A stretch of DNA of 64,000 nucleotides from the human T2T-CHM13v2.0 reference genome, Homo sapiens: NCBI RefSeq assembly GCF_009914755.1, contig NC_060933.1, one strand, 5' to 3'. This document shows positions 63,208 through 64,000 of this stretch, one piece after another (position 1 is the first letter of the stretch; each line of letters starts with the position of its first letter). The notes under the pieces are model-generated. The model was not told where the DNA came from and searched no databases. It saw nothing but the letters and a program-made list of their open reading frames with translations. The position numbers and the translations under genes are program-made.

Positions 63208-63500
63208 GGTCAGGCATGGTGGCTCATGCCTGTAATCCCAGCACTTTGGGAGGATATTGAGACCATCCTGGCTAACACGGTGAAACCCTGTCTCTACTAA
63301 AAATACAAAAAAAAAAAAATTCACTGGGCATGGTGGCAAGTGCCTGTAGCCCCAGCTACTCAGGAGGCTGAGGCAGGAGATTGGTAGGAACACGGGAGGT
63401 GGAGCTTGCATTGAGCCGAGATCATGCCACTGCACTCCAGCCTGGGCTACAGAGCAAGACTCCATCTCAAAAAAAAAAAGAAAGAAAAAGAAAAGAAAAA
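63208..63500 (+). mobile_element. AluY-like with a ~27-bp left-arm deletion
   Basis: cactttgggagg is joined directly to atattgagaccatcctggctaacacggtg. Confidence 0.88.
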
Positions 63501-64000
63501 ACCTTGGAGAAGTAAGGGATTCTGTAAAAAATTTCCCCAATTTCACTAGAGAGATTGACATATAAATTTAGAAAATTCAGATAACCTATGTAAGATGCTA
63601 TGTAAGACAACCATTGCAGAGACACAAAGTAATCAGATTCTTGAAGGTCAATGCAAAAGAAAAAAATATTAAAGGCAGTTAACGACAAGGGGCAGGTCAC
63701 ATAAAGTGGAAACTACATCAAACTCACAGGGGAACTCTCAGCAATATCCCACAGTCAGAAGACATTAAGAATCCATATTCAGCATTTTTGAAAAAATAAA
63801 ATTTTGAACCAAGAATTTTATGTCCCACCAAACTAAGCTTCATAAACAAGGGAGAAATAAAATCCATTTCAGATAAGCAAAAGCTAGGGGAATTTATTAC
63901 CACCAGGCCTTTAGAGACCACAAGAGATCCTTAAGAAAGTGCTAAACATGAAAATGAAGGACTGTTACCTAGCACCAGAAAAACACACTCAAGTATATAG

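Larger units (their letters stand above)
57890..64000 (+). mobile_element. L1PA15/16-type 5' UTR and ORF1 region, running off the window and interrupted by THE1 and Alu
   Basis: The 5' end reads caagatgac-tactagaagcagctagt. About 285-bp UTR repeats follow, then an ORF1-like start atgagaaaaaagcc...aagaactctagcaactcaaaaagtcagagtg near 62749. Confidence 0.75.

Overview
AT-rich, gene-poor mammalian genomic DNA that is almost certainly human, since it carries AluYa5 and AluYb8 diagnostics. I found no intact protein-coding gene, CpG island, rRNA, tRNA or CRISPR array. Much of the window is interspersed repeat: L1 of many ages (L1PA2/3, L1PA5-10, L1PA16, L1M), about 10 Alus, ERV1/ERVL/MaLR LTRs (including full MSTA and THE1 proviral elements), a near full-length Tigger1, MER2, MER8, MER96, L2 and MIR. 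The most informative object is a minus-strand retrocopy at about 33361-33914. It reads SNORA70 (box H/ACA snoRNA), then the retained 3' piece of its host intron, then spliced final exons of RPL10, then a decayed poly(A) tail and (TCTA)n. It looks like a fossil of a snoRNA-5'-ended, partly spliced, polyadenylated host RNA. Other notable structures are a 7SL processed pseudogene, an L1PA2 with a twin-priming inversion, a ~1.4 kb deletion and a short 3' transduction, a perfect 126-bp tandem duplication, a duplication with a templated inverted insert, and internal deletions in three AluY-family copies. Repeat subfamily names come from remembered consensus sequences, not from a RepeatMasker run.
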